Origin: Rhodothermales bacterium
GTDB lineage: Bacteria; Bacteroidota; Rhodothermia; Rhodothermales; JABDKH01
Length of the DNA: 64,000 bases
Assembly: GCA_965224105.1 (NCBI GenBank)
Contig: CBDCYH010000002.1
Coordinates: 900,150-964,149 of the forward strand
Direction of reading: 5' to 3'
Position numbers and translations under genes: made by a program. The first letter of the stretch is position 1. Each line of letters opens with the position of its first letter. The notes under the pieces are model-generated. The model saw only the letters and a program-made list of their open reading frames with translations. It was not told the DNA's origin and made no database searches. Of the stretch, positions 37,645 to 48,800 are shown piece by piece.

Positions 37645-39483
37645 TTACTCCCGCTCCAGCTGCACACCCTCAATCTTCCGTTTCGCGGAGAGTCCCACGC
37701 TCAAACGGAAAATCCCATCAGCTCCACGTACTCGGGCATCGATCTCCCACGGTGAGGGCATATCCACATCCAACACCTCGGGCGAACCCCCAAGGTCCGC
37801 GTGCATATTTCCAAAGGCTGCCAGATGGGTTTCCATCGGAATATCATCCCGAAACTGCGGGTCCAGATCTGCCCCAATGAACTCGCGGTAAACATCCTCG
37901 TCGCCACTGCCGATGGCCGCGACTAGCCTCTCAACAAGCTCATCAGGATTCACCTCAACAACAGAATCTCCTCTGTTTTCGCCAGCAGAACGCGACGGCT
38001 CGGTTGCTTCATCCATCAAGAAACCAGTAATCAAGTGCGGCGGCTCTTCCGCAGCAATAACCGTTAGTGCAAACCACTCTTGCGCTATGTGAGATTTAAC
38101 CGTTACCCGGTGCCGATTTTCATCCAGCACTTCGATCTTCCCGATCATCACTTCCCCAAGCCGTTCCTGCTCAGCCAAGAGGATCACTTTCAGGCGATCC
38201 TCCCCGACTTTTTCGATCAGCGCTTCCGCGACATGCACGTCCACAAATCGCTCAACATCTTCCGGCGAGCTGGCGAAAACACGGAGTAATTCCATGCCCC
38301 GCGACCCTACTACTGACTCCTGCCAGACATCTGGTTCCATCTCCGGAATGCTCAATGGCGGCAGCCCCACCGGATCTCCAAAAACTATCTTCGCAAGATC
38401 GCGCATGACAGCCATCGCTTTGTGGTCACCGGTATTTGACGTTACAATGATCACCACGTCTTCGTCCACATACCGCCGCATGTCTGAGCTGAAGTACGGG
38501 TTGCCTCCATCATGCCAAATTAGCCGACCGTAGTCGCTGTCCTGCGTAACCCACCCATATCCATAATAGGACTGCGCGCCATCACCCTCCTGCACGTGTG
38601 GCGCAAAGTAGTCCCGCTTCGCCTCATCAGATAAAACCTCCTCACCCAAAAGCGCAACGTGCCACCGATACATGTCCGTGAGCGTCGAGTGTATCCCACC
38701 GTTGCCTCGAAGATGCCAGTAGGGACCATCGTCAGCCCAGGCCTTGTCCGCCATGGTCCCCCAATCCTGCTCGTCTCGATAGCCGTGAGCCAGGCGAGAT
38801 GGCTCGGCAGCCAAAATATGATAACCCGTGTCCTGCATCCCCGACGGCACAAAAAGCTTTGCCGTTACATATTCGTTGTACGACATCCCGCTAACATCCT
38901 CTACGATAGCCGCGAGTAGGGAATATCCCACGTTGGAGTAGCTGTAGGTCGAACCAGGCGCAGTCTCCAGTTCGCTCTGTAGTGCCTGTGCGATGAAGTC
39001 CTGTTTTTCGATTGGCGCAAAATCAAAACCTATCGCGTCGACGAGCCCAGACGAGTGCGTGAGAAGTTGGTGCAGCGTAATGGCACGTTTGTCGGCGGGT
39101 ACAGATTCGAAATAGTCCGGCAGCGTGTCATCAAAACTCAGCAATCCACCTGATGCGAGTTTAACAATAGCCGCACCCGTGAACTGCTTGGTAAGCGAAC
39201 CTACCGGGAAGATGGTGGTCGGCGCGAATGATATTTGCCCGTCGCGGTCTGCAAATCCGTAGCCTTTCGAATGAATCACCTCTCCATCTCGTGCGATCAA
39301 AACGCCCCCCGAAAATCCCAGTTCGACCATTCGTTCCATGTAGGAGTCTACGGTTATCATATTGGCTCCGTCGGAAACCGATGGTTGTGCTTCCAATCCT
39401 CGCTCGCACCCGGCAACAGAAACAACGAGGATCAATACGGAGAGATAGCGCAATTTTCTTTTTTTCTGATGATATGTTTTCAT
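37645..39483 (-). CDS. Secreted serine hydrolase of the beta-lactamase/PBP4* family with an extra C-terminal domain
   Basis: 612 aa. Signal peptide. S-x-x-K active-site motif (SLTKQ). Beta-lactamase fold followed by a roughly 200-aa extension. Confidence 0.83.
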   Translation of the reverse strand: MKTYHQKKRKLRYLSVLILVVSVAGCERGLEAQPSVSDGANMITVDSYMERMVELGFSGGVLIARDGEVIHSKGYGFADRDGQISFAPTTIFPVGSLTKQFTGAAIVKLASGGLLSFDDTLPDYFESVPADKRAITLHQLLTHSSGLVDAIGFDFAPIEKQDFIAQALQSELETAPGSTYSYSNVGYSLLAAIVEDVSGMSYNEYVTAKLFVPSGMQDTGYHILAAEPSRLAHGYRDEQDWGTMADKAWADDGPYWHLRGNGGIHSTLTDMYRWHVALLGEEVLSDEAKRDYFAPHVQEGDGAQSYYGYGWVTQDSDYGRLIWHDGGNPYFSSDMRRYVDEDVVIIVTSNTGDHKAMAVMRDLAKIVFGDPVGLPPLSIPEMEPDVWQESVVGSRGMELLRVFASSPEDVERFVDVHVAEALIEKVGEDRLKVILLAEQERLGEVMIGKIEVLDENRHRVTVKSHIAQEWFALTVIAAEEPPHLITGFLMDEATEPSRSAGENRGDSVVEVNPDELVERLVAAIGSGDEDVYREFIGADLDPQFRDDIPMETHLAAFGNMHADLGGSPEVLDVDMPSPWEIDARVRGADGIFRLSVGLSAKRKIEGVQLERE

Positions 39484-39611
39484 GGCTCGGTTAAACCCCT
39501 CGGTTTGCTGCGTACAAGATCTTAATAATAACGGAGACGGCTTCGCGTTTAACAGGTCAGGAGTATTACCATACTCTCCGAAGTTTATTACCAGATGATC
39601 CAGGAGGCAAA

Positions 39612-40241
39612 ATGGAGATTAGCAGTACGGTTCTAGTGGGTGACTATACAGTTGAGCCGCTTCGGCGGGTGATCAAGCATGGCAACGTGGAAAATATCGT
39701 GGATCCGCTTGTGATGCGCTTGCTCACGTGTCTGATTGCGCAGGCAGGAAAAGTCGTTACCCGAGAAGAGCTCATCGCAACCACGTGGCCAGACGGCATT
39801 GCCGCTGATCAAAACTTGTCGCGCGCAATCTGGGGTTTGCGCAGAGCGTTGGCCGACGACGCAGACAATCCGAAATACGTGGAGACCGTTCCGCGCATCG
39901 GCTACCGTCTTATTGCTGATGTTACCCTTGTTAACGATGCGGCGGATACGGAGCGATCACGTAAAGCAGATGCAGGTCCCCCGGTGCCAGAGATACACTC
40001 TGGTGGGCAACTCCTCGCCGCCACTGCGCAACTCCGACAAACCATTCGTCGGTTGCAATTCGCGGTTGGGATCCTCGCCGGGATCGTGCTTCTTCTCGTG
40101 GGTGCCATGCTTCGCGGCCCCGAACGGCAGCAGTCCAATTACGATGTCGTGAAAACCCGCAACAACGATGGCTCTGTTGACTCGGTGATCGTCCAAAATG
40201 GTGATCCGGAGGAGTTTGAGCACCTCCTAACAGAGCAGTAA
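39612..40241 (+). CDS. Membrane-anchored winged-helix (OmpR/PhoB-type trans_reg_C) transcriptional regulator, CadC/ToxR-like
   Basis: 209 aa. N-terminal DNA-binding wHTH (...VETVPRIGYRL). A single TM (ILAGIVLLLVGAML). Short periplasmic tail. Confidence 0.68.
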   Translation: MEISSTVLVGDYTVEPLRRVIKHGNVENIVDPLVMRLLTCLIAQAGKVVTREELIATTWPDGIAADQNLSRAIWGLRRALADDADNPKYVETVPRIGYRLIADVTLVNDAADTERSRKADAGPPVPEIHSGGQLLAATAQLRQTIRRLQFAVGILAGIVLLLVGAMLRGPERQQSNYDVVKTRNNDGSVDSVIVQNGDPEEFEHLLTEQ

Positions 40242-40345
40242 TAACAGTGACTTAGCGTGCTATTTCTCATCCGCGCTGAACCCGACATGTCGCTCGCCGA
40301 TTAAATGCGTGTCAGATGTGCCGTTTCACTGATTCTGTTAGTACC

Positions 40346-41089
40346 ATGCTATCGCCTCGTTTCCTTCCCAAATCTCTGACGGGATTTTGTCTCGCCGCGA
40401 TGTTATTAGTCGCCGGGTGCTTCCCGCACTACTACGTGCCGAACACCCAAAACACGCCGATGATTAGGACCGAAGGCGATGTTTCCGGTAGCTTCCACGT
40501 GTCTACAGGAAACCTGTCGGAATTTCACGGCGCCTATGGAATAACAGAAAATGTAGCTGTTCAGATCAATGGCGGATTTGCAAGTTTCGGTAATGACGTT
40601 GATGGTGATGGAGGTTCGGGCAAATACTTCCAACTTGGGATTGGATATTATAGTAACCCATCAGACCACGTGCTCTTTGATGTGTACAGTCTTGCCGCAT
40701 TCGGTGACTTAGAAAACCACTTTCCATCCACACTACGGTCGAATCCCGGCACGACGGGGAAGATCACTGCCAATGCGATCCGGATTGGAATTCAGCCGTC
40801 CATCAGTTTGTATAACGACTACCTTTCAATTACAGGTTCTGCCCAGCTCTCCAGTCTGAACTTTTCATCCATTGACGGGAGCCTGATCTTCGCCGGCGAG
40901 AATCAGATTGAGTACTTGATGTCAAACAACAAGAATATTCTATTCGAACCTGCTGTTACCCTTCGAGCTGGAATCAAGAATGTGAAGCTTCAGACTCAAG
41001 TCGCCCAGAGTTTCAACTTGAGCAACCCAGATTTCAGCCAGGTTCCGGCTATAATGTCGGTTGGCGTTACGTTTCAGATTGGCAAGTAG
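40346..41089 (+). CDS. Lipoprotein / probable outer-membrane beta-rich protein, hypothetical
   Basis: Lipobox LLVAGC. Beta-strand-rich composition. Confidence 0.45.
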   Translation: MLSPRFLPKSLTGFCLAAMLLVAGCFPHYYVPNTQNTPMIRTEGDVSGSFHVSTGNLSEFHGAYGITENVAVQINGGFASFGNDVDGDGGSGKYFQLGIGYYSNPSDHVLFDVYSLAAFGDLENHFPSTLRSNPGTTGKITANAIRIGIQPSISLYNDYLSITGSAQLSSLNFSSIDGSLIFAGENQIEYLMSNNKNILFEPAVTLRAGIKNVKLQTQVAQSFNLSNPDFSQVPAIMSVGVTFQIGK

Positions 41090-41491
41090 TTATTGCTCGT
41101 TGCCATTTCGAATCCATCGTCCTTCCAGGAATCCCGCTCTGTTGCAGTTATCCTGTACGGGTGAAAGCAGGAGCGCGCCCTCCTCAATTTCGAAGTTATA
41201 TAATCCAACTCCCGCGCACGCGAAGTCTTCGACGGCAAGCAGCTCGCGGTCATCAAAGGTCCAGGTGCCGGTCACCGTTCGCAATCCCACGATTTCCAGT
41301 TCGTAGCGACCATCGTGCCGCAGGAGCATCTCCAGATGAGAGTCGACATACGGTCGGCTCCAGTCTCCGAGGACGGAAGCACGCTGAAGGCTTAGCGCTT
41401 CCCGCTGCGGATCGGATGAATCACAGCCCGAAACCACAACGATCAAAACGAGGACTGCGCCTAATAGGCCATTTGCAAGGAAAAACCGCAT
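41090..41491 (-). CDS. Hypothetical lipoprotein
   Basis: Signal peptide plus lipobox (VVVSGC). Confidence 0.45.
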   Translation of the reverse strand: MRFFLANGLLGAVLVLIVVVSGCDSSDPQREALSLQRASVLGDWSRPYVDSHLEMLLRHDGRYELEIVGLRTVTGTWTFDDRELLAVEDFACAGVGLYNFEIEEGALLLSPVQDNCNRAGFLEGRWIRNGNEQ

Positions 41492-41635
41492 GAGCTGTGC
41501 GAATGGAGATATGGCAATATATGATAAGATCAGCCTAAAACATGGGCCCAAATTTGTGACCTTATGAGGATACCGGCGGAACCTCCGGCGATGATCGGTC
41601 TAGCACGAAACCACTATCCACTTGAAGGTTCAAAC

Positions 41636-42136
41636 ATGCGACATCATATTCGTTTTCTAGTCGGAATTGTCATTGTAATCCTCGGCACGTCGGCGCTCGT
41701 GGGGTGCGCGTCCTCGAACGGCGGCTCTAGCCAGGCGAGCATGGACGCCATCGCTCCCGACTTAGAAGCAATAGCAGCCCAATCCAGGGCGCTGTCGGAA
41801 GCGTACATAGAAGGCGACATCGATGCACTCGTCAACATCTATAGATCAGATGGTATCGCAGCTCCCGCAGGCATGGACTTCGTTCGCGGACACAAAGACC
41901 TGCACGACCTGTGGACGCTGCAGGACGGTGTGAAGGTTGTCCGTCACAAAGCGATCCCAACGGAACTGAAGGTCGATGGCGACCATGCGTATGATTGGGG
42001 ATACTACGAAGGTCAGACGACTAAAGACGGAGAGCTGCGCGAGCCCTTTCGGGGCACGTACGTAATTGTTTGGTCTCGCGGATCCGACGGAGTTTGGCGG
42101 ATAGCAGTCGACATGTGGGCGGCCCTTCGGGGTTAG
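41636..42136 (+). CDS. Lipoprotein with SnoaL/NTF2-like (DUF4440-like) fold
   Basis: Lipobox ALVGCAS. Size and composition consistent with an NTF2-like fold. Confidence 0.45.
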   Translation: MRHHIRFLVGIVIVILGTSALVGCASSNGGSSQASMDAIAPDLEAIAAQSRALSEAYIEGDIDALVNIYRSDGIAAPAGMDFVRGHKDLHDLWTLQDGVKVVRHKAIPTELKVDGDHAYDWGYYEGQTTKDGELREPFRGTYVIVWSRGSDGVWRIAVDMWAALRG

Positions 42137-42154
42137 TTGAATCTAGTTTGCGTT

Positions 42155-42685
42155 TTACGCTGCACGCGCCCTGCCCCTGTTGCTGTCTTGCGTTAGAGAC
42201 ATTAAGAGCGGGGGAGCTTCATCGACCGTCGCAACCAACTCGTATCGATGAAGCATTTCCCCGGAACGACGGAGCCGCACCGTCGTCGTAGTCGCGCCGA
42301 CTCGCGCGAACAACTCAGGATGCCTGATAAGCAGCACCTCGATAATAGCGTCCAAATGGTATGCAACGTCCAGTGCTCCGATCTCGTAAAACGAATGCAC
42401 CAAACGCGTGGGATGCGTTGCAAAATCCGTCGCATCTACCGCCCGGAACGCCCCTCGCTGGATCGAGATTGCAACACCTCCACCAATACCCATCAGAAAC
42501 AAATCAATATTTACACGGCCATGCGCTGTGGGCAACGGCAAGTTGGACTCTATTATTACCCCTTCAGCGAGCATTCCGGACAACTCCGCTGCCAGGATGT
42601 CTATCCCCGGACTTACTTGCCCACATACAGGAATACCATTTGGATCGAGCGTACTTTGAGTGGTGCTTACGAGTAAATTTTTCAT
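42155..42685 (-). CDS. Hypothetical protein
   Basis: Open frame with good coding composition. No motif recognised. Confidence 0.35.
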   Translation of the reverse strand: MKNLLVSTTQSTLDPNGIPVCGQVSPGIDILAAELSGMLAEGVIIESNLPLPTAHGRVNIDLFLMGIGGGVAISIQRGAFRAVDATDFATHPTRLVHSFYEIGALDVAYHLDAIIEVLLIRHPELFARVGATTTTVRLRRSGEMLHRYELVATVDEAPPLLMSLTQDSNRGRARAA

Positions 42686-42851
42686 GGCAGTGAGTCGTTT
42701 AGTAGTGAGGCGTCTTAGCATACTTTGATTGCGTATATCCCAATCTATACCCCAGGGGTGACAACTGAGTGTCATACCCTGGAATCATTTTTTTGAGGGC
42801 CGTATCAGCCGATTTCCTGTTCAGCAACCAAGCCAATCAACATCTTTCTCC

Positions 42852-45785
42852 GTGCTTCGTAACCGCCTCCTGCCTTTCCTTCTCGCATTATTGCTGTGCA
42901 TTCCCGTTCGCGCATGGGGACAGGGTTACTCTTCGTTCAATGGCCGGAACCATCCGGAGCTGAAATGGCAGTTTGTGGAGTCCGAACACTTTCGGATCAT
43001 GTTCCCACAACGAATTGCCGGGATCGAAAACCAGGCTGCGCAGATTGCTGAGGAGTCCTACGAGGCTCTCAGCAAAAACCTCGACGTAACATTTGATCGG
43101 AAAATCCGCATTTACCTCTCAGACGAGGACGAGATAACCAATGGATTCGCGGTTCCCATCCAAAGCGGGCACACCAACATTTGGGTGAACCTCAACGACG
43201 CGCTCAACAGCTGGACCGGCGAGGAAAAATGGATGCGCAAGGTCATCGCCCACGAGCTCGGTCACATCTTTCATTACCGCGCAATCCGCTCCAACATTCA
43301 CCCAATCGACTTCGCAATCTCAAACCCGATCCCCAGCTTTTGGGCAGAGGGACTCGCCCAGTACCAGACCGAAAAATGGGATGCATTCCGGGGCGACCGT
43401 TGGCTCAGAACCGCAGTCCTGGATGACAAACTCTCGTACAACGATGGCCGCTCATCCTGGAACGGCCGGCTCCTGTATTCCGTCGGCAACTCGCAGCTTC
43501 GATATTTTGCCGACCGCTTCGGCGACTCCACCCTCACCGCCCTGCTAAAGCACCGTGAACCGGCTCTCCTCGGCCTCGCCAAGGTGCACAACTTCGAGTC
43601 GGCCTTCGAAGCTGTGACCGACATGAAGTACCCCGAATTCTATGACGACTGGAGAAGGCACATCAATATCTACTACAATTCCATCGCGTCACAAATGGAG
43701 AATGCAGATTCTCTCCGCGCGGATGAGGTAAATCTCCCCGGCCAATATTTGTACGACGTCAAGATCTCCCCCGACTCAAGCAAGGTAGCGATTGTCGCTC
43801 TCACCAGCCTCAACCGGCCGGTGCGCAGGTTATACATTCTCGACACGCACACAGAGGAGACTATCATAGCGGCCGAAGGAAATATCCGCGTGCCCGTGGC
43901 GTGGAGTCCCGACAGCAGGCGGGTGTTTTATGCGAGCCAGGTGCGAAGTCAGCATGGTTCGTTGTTAAACGACGTGTTTGTCTATGATGTGCCAACGAAG
44001 ACCGACCTACGCCTAACCACCGGCAGGCGCGCGAATTTCCCCACGGCAAGCCCCGATGGCCTGCAGATTGCATACGCCGCAACCAATGGTCCAACCACAA
44101 ACATCTACACCGCGCAACTCTCCAACCTGCAAGAGAAACAGGTGACACGCTACAGCGGGGACGTACAGATAGGCCATCTCGCATGGAGCCCTAACGGCTC
44201 AAGCATAGCATACTCTCTTTTTGATCAGGCCGGAGAGCGCACCATTCAGACGGTCGATGTAAGGTCGCTGCAAACAAGAGCGATCACCGGTGGGCAACAC
44301 GATGACCGGCAGCCGACCTGGTCACCGTCTGGAGACCGCATCGCTTTCACGTCATATCGGGACGGCGTTCCAAACGTGTTCACCATGCGGGTGGACACGG
44401 TGGATTCGGTCAAGCGAGTTACCAATCTGGTCACTGGTGCGACTATTCACGACTGGTTGCCCGGCGGAGTGGAGCACACTCGCGGACTGCTCGCCGTTAT
44501 CGTTGGTGAAAGTAAAACATCCGATACTGCTTACCTGGTGGACGCGGCGCGCGTGCCATACACCAGAGAGATCCAACTGCCAGCCCAGTATGACAGATGG
44601 ACACGGGTGGCTCCGGAGCAAACGATCCCGTCGTTCGTGCATCGACCAGATGTCAAGATATCTGCTCCCAAACGGTATCGATCTGTAAGCAACATTTCGC
44701 ATGTCTTTTCGCTACCGTTCCCTTACTACGGAACGGCTGAAAATTGGGGGATCGGCGGAGTAACTTCCTGGACTGAGCCCTTATCACGTCACTCGATTTT
44801 TGCTGGAGGACTGTTTAGCATACCGAAGCCAGCGAACTCGACCCTGTACATCGCTTACGTTAACAACACACTTGCGCCTTCTATACAAACCGAGGTTAGC
44901 TACATCCCGGGAGCGGCGCGACCCTACGAAAACACCATCCTGGAAGAAAGAGCTTCTCAGGCTGAGGTAAAAATTCGCTGGCCTATCAGTTCGGGAATCA
45001 GCCCCTACCGGCAAACCTATTTTTCTGTACGCTCCCGATTCCTGAATGTTGACATTCGCAATCCGGAGGACTTCATTGATCAAGATTCCGGACTGCCGGT
45101 CCCGGAGTCGGGAGAGCAGTATGACCTGCGCGTTTCGTTCACCCGAAAGTTTCAGCGTCCGTACCGCTTCAATGTTGTGCATCCTCTTGACGGCTCCGGC
45201 ATCCGGGTTCGACTGTCGGGAGGATTTTTGCGTACTGATGAGAATCGAAGATTCGTCCAGCTGGATCTGAGCGCATACCGCATCTTCCCGGCGCTGGGCC
45301 TAAACCGGATTTTGGTTTATTCGCGTATGCAGACGCAGAGGGGTCGTGGTCTAGCCCAGAATTTCCAGGGCCTGTCGCGATACGATGCCCTGCAAATACA
45401 CTCGCCGAATTTTGTTCAGGCAGAATTTTCCAATTCGGAACGCGTTCGTGGCTACCGGTCCTTCGCTTTGGGCCAAACGGTTGTATTTGGTTCGTTGGAA
45501 TACCGGATTCCAGTGGTTCCAAGCCTCAGAACAACACTTTTGGGCTCGGTATCCCTTGGCAGCACGAGCCTGGCTCTTTTCGCCGATGGAGGCCTGGTTT
45601 TTGATGATGTAGATTACGGAGACGCGATCAAGAGACTGGGCGTGGGAATGGAACTCAAGAATGAACTCCGACTGGGGAGCAACATCCGCTTTATGCACGC
45701 CGTTGGTATTGCCGGACCCGCGAACGACCTCGGCAGAGATACGTACGATCTCTACTACCGGATTCGCACTACCCTCCCGTTCTAA
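42852..45785 (+). CDS. Chimeric outer-membrane protein: signal peptide + HExxH zinc-metallopeptidase-like domain + PD40/TolB beta-propeller repeats + C-terminal Omp85 (surface antigen D15) beta-barrel
   Basis: 977 aa. IAHELGHIFHY. Repeated WSPDS / SPDGLQIAYAA / WSPNGSSIAYS / WSPSGDRIAFTS blades. C-terminal VRGY...SLEYRIP...LFADGG...TLPF resembles the end of the BamA barrel, with a terminal Phe. Confidence 0.7.
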   Translation: MLRNRLLPFLLALLLCIPVRAWGQGYSSFNGRNHPELKWQFVESEHFRIMFPQRIAGIENQAAQIAEESYEALSKNLDVTFDRKIRIYLSDEDEITNGFAVPIQSGHTNIWVNLNDALNSWTGEEKWMRKVIAHELGHIFHYRAIRSNIHPIDFAISNPIPSFWAEGLAQYQTEKWDAFRGDRWLRTAVLDDKLSYNDGRSSWNGRLLYSVGNSQLRYFADRFGDSTLTALLKHREPALLGLAKVHNFESAFEAVTDMKYPEFYDDWRRHINIYYNSIASQMENADSLRADEVNLPGQYLYDVKISPDSSKVAIVALTSLNRPVRRLYILDTHTEETIIAAEGNIRVPVAWSPDSRRVFYASQVRSQHGSLLNDVFVYDVPTKTDLRLTTGRRANFPTASPDGLQIAYAATNGPTTNIYTAQLSNLQEKQVTRYSGDVQIGHLAWSPNGSSIAYSLFDQAGERTIQTVDVRSLQTRAITGGQHDDRQPTWSPSGDRIAFTSYRDGVPNVFTMRVDTVDSVKRVTNLVTGATIHDWLPGGVEHTRGLLAVIVGESKTSDTAYLVDAARVPYTREIQLPAQYDRWTRVAPEQTIPSFVHRPDVKISAPKRYRSVSNISHVFSLPFPYYGTAENWGIGGVTSWTEPLSRHSIFAGGLFSIPKPANSTLYIAYVNNTLAPSIQTEVSYIPGAARPYENTILEERASQAEVKIRWPISSGISPYRQTYFSVRSRFLNVDIRNPEDFIDQDSGLPVPESGEQYDLRVSFTRKFQRPYRFNVVHPLDGSGIRVRLSGGFLRTDENRRFVQLDLSAYRIFPALGLNRILVYSRMQTQRGRGLAQNFQGLSRYDALQIHSPNFVQAEFSNSERVRGYRSFALGQTVVFGSLEYRIPVVPSLRTTLLGSVSLGSTSLALFADGGLVFDDVDYGDAIKRLGVGMELKNELRLGSNIRFMHAVGIAGPANDLGRDTYDLYYRIRTTLPF

Positions 45786-45816
45786 AATCGATTGCCATCA
45801 GACGTGGCATTCTGGC

Positions 45817-48800
45817 ATGGCCGAAGTAACATCCGATAACAAAATAGTCGAACAGTCCGATACGGACGCTCGAGCATCCGCCACGAACGGATCGGCGTCT
45901 CCCCAACAAACGCTCCTCGCAATTTCCACGGAGATGTCGGATGAGGTTGCGCGCTTTCGCAGTGTGTGGAGCGAGGAGGTCGACACAAAAATTCGCACAC
46001 CTCTGAAAGAGCTTTTTCAAAATGCTCTGCTGGCGCACGCTGATCACCGCGCTGAACTGTATAACACCACATCAGACAATTTCACCATTGCGGCGCTGGA
46101 CAACTATATCACCGGGACTCGCGCAGATGTGTTGCAGCCAATATTCTCCTTCTTCTCTGAAAAGAATTGCGCGGATGTGGTGGGAGATGCGTTTGCCTCC
46201 GGCTTGGAGGTAGTTAAAACTCTAGAGGGGCGATATCCATCTGAAATTGTCGTGGACGAGACGCCGGATATTTTTCGCCCCGCACCTTCGGACAGCTGGT
46301 CCACATTCTTTAGAAAACGAGCGGCACGGTTAAAGCGGATGTTTGGTGGCAGCAAGCGTCGCGTCCGCCGCGTACCGATCTTCGCGATTACGCAATACCA
46401 CCTCCATCGACGATTACCCATTATCGCCTCACCCCTCCACGATGATTTGCAAGAGTCGCTGGCAAATATCGTTGGCCTTGTCGAATCAACGGCGTCGCAC
46501 TGGATCCACGACACACTCGCAAGCACCCGACAGGTGCGCAGGCGAATGTTGTCGCAAGAGTCAGCGGACAACCCTGAGGGAACGGAGGAGCAGGAGGAGC
46601 CCAACCACCCCGCTGCCGATGTTTTCGAATCAGGCGAGGCATTTCAAAACAGATTGCTGCAGCTGGTCGATCTGTGTGAGCAGATAAGAGCTGAATCGGA
46701 TAAGGTCACTGTTAAATTCGACATGGCGCAAAGCCTGTTTGATACCGATCTGCGAGATGGCGGCACGTTCCTGCTTCCCTTGTCGGATCGCCGCCTCCGC
46801 AAGGGTGAGTATCAGGCTGGTGAGATTCTTAATTCGAAACGCGAAACCTGGCACGCTTGGCATTCGGCAGCGCAAGATCGATTCAAACTCCTGGATCGCC
46901 TTCTCGCTCTGCGCGCCACAGTGTACCAGCTGGCCAGGCGTGTCCTGGATAGAATCGACCGGACGTCGCTCCAACCTGCGCACCGCGCTTTTGCCAAGAT
47001 CCGTGAGGGAATTGTCGCATCGAAAACGGAGATCGAATCAGCTAAAGAAACCGCGACGATTGAATCCCTCCAGGAACTCATCACCGGGCAACACAAAAAG
47101 TTGACACGACTATTTGATCGGGCAATTGCGAGCCTGCCGGGTTTGGTATCGCGAGAAAATGCACTAACCGAACCTGGAAAAGAAGAGTGGAAAGCGTTTT
47201 CTCGTTTTGTTGACACCTTGCCCGAAAAGTTGGTCGTCCACCCGCTCAAGGAGGATCATCAAATGGTTGACCCGCTCTTATGGGAGCGGGAGATAGAATT
47301 CCAGCATGGCGTACGGGGTGTTGTCTTTGATTCGATTGCCGCGCCGCTAAGGCAGAGCGCTTCGAAGTTGCAGCAGGGCCTGGTTCGGGCGTGGACTGAA
47401 TTCGAACAGGTTCGACACATCTCGCTGTTTAATCTTGAAGCTGCAGCAGCGGAGCTGTCGGGCGAGAATATCGATGAGGAGGTGGAGGCCGGAGAATCCG
47501 AAGAACCCGTTGACAACTTTACCGCGGGTTACGAGCTGGCGGTTGTCGGGGCCGATCGAGCAGTGGCCGCGCTCGACGAGCTGGTACAAAAACTGGAAAA
47601 CCCGTGGCGTGAGTTTTCGAACACGGTGGATAAGGAGTTCTTCGAGGAGTGGAACGCGATTCACATCCGCGTGCGCACTCTGGACCAGTCATCTGGCCGG
47701 ATGGCCGACCTCAACACCAGGATTGATCGACTCCGTGAACGTTCTCTTGCAAACCTTCGGGCGGGCTGGGCCGAGACCAAACTCAGGTGGGCCGTTACGG
47801 CACGAGCGGTTACCAGGAGAATCAATCGGCTCATCCGCAAGGGTCGAACCGCGGTGGGTGCCGTTAAGGACGACCAGGCTTTGCGTGCCCAAACGGTCGA
47901 GGCCATTTCCAGCGTCGTTGAGTTTAAAAGCACGCTACCGCTCGTTTACAGACGATTGTTTTCTTTTGATGCGCTTGAAGATTCTTCCTTGCTGGAAGGC
48001 AGGAGCGAAGACATTGACTGGGCCCGCAATCACTACGAGCGCTGGCAAACAGGTCACCACGTTGGATTGGCGGTTGTTGTCGGGATGCCAGGTTCGGGAC
48101 GGACAAGTTTTCTGAACGCACTTGCGTCAACTACCTTTGAGGATGTCGTTGTTCACAAACTTACACTGAGCCATCGGATTGAGGACGAGGCGACACTGAT
48201 TCGCGCCCTGACCGAAACGGCAGAGCTATCGGGCGACATTTCTACTTTTGCCGAGCTTGAAAACGCGCTGCAAACTCTTGCTGGTGACTTGCGGCCGATA
48301 TATCTCATCGACAATGTCGAGCATCTGATGCTGAACTGCGCCCGCGGTCGGGAGCTCATTGAGGAGTTTCTGCTCTTCTTGTCCCGATCAGACACGCGTA
48401 TCTGTTGGATCATGTCCATCGCAGCGCCTGCCTGGAAGTATCTACGTAAGACTGCACCGGCTGCTGCTGGGTTTGTCGTCTCCCGACATCTCGATGATCT
48501 TGGGAAGTTTGACTACGAATCCCTGATAATGAACCGGCACAGACGAAGTGGCATGCCCGTTCATTTTCTGGAGCCGGCAACGTCTACGGCCCTTGCCCGC
48601 CAACGCCTACGCAAAGCCTCTACGGACGAGGAAAAGCAGGAGATCCTGCGCGAGAATTATTTCGACCGGTTAAGCAAACTGTGTGGGCAAAATGTAATGC
48701 TCGGCTTATTCTACTGGCTGAGGTCAGCGGATTTTGAAGCGGACGCGGGCGTACTTACCGTCAAGCCGATAGTACCCTTATACTTCGATTTCCTGAACAA

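Noticed and set aside
45661-45816. Upstream extension of the large P-loop ORF
   Set aside because: It overlaps the last 125 nt of the Omp85-chimera gene in another frame. The start was moved to the first ATG after that gene's stop (45817).
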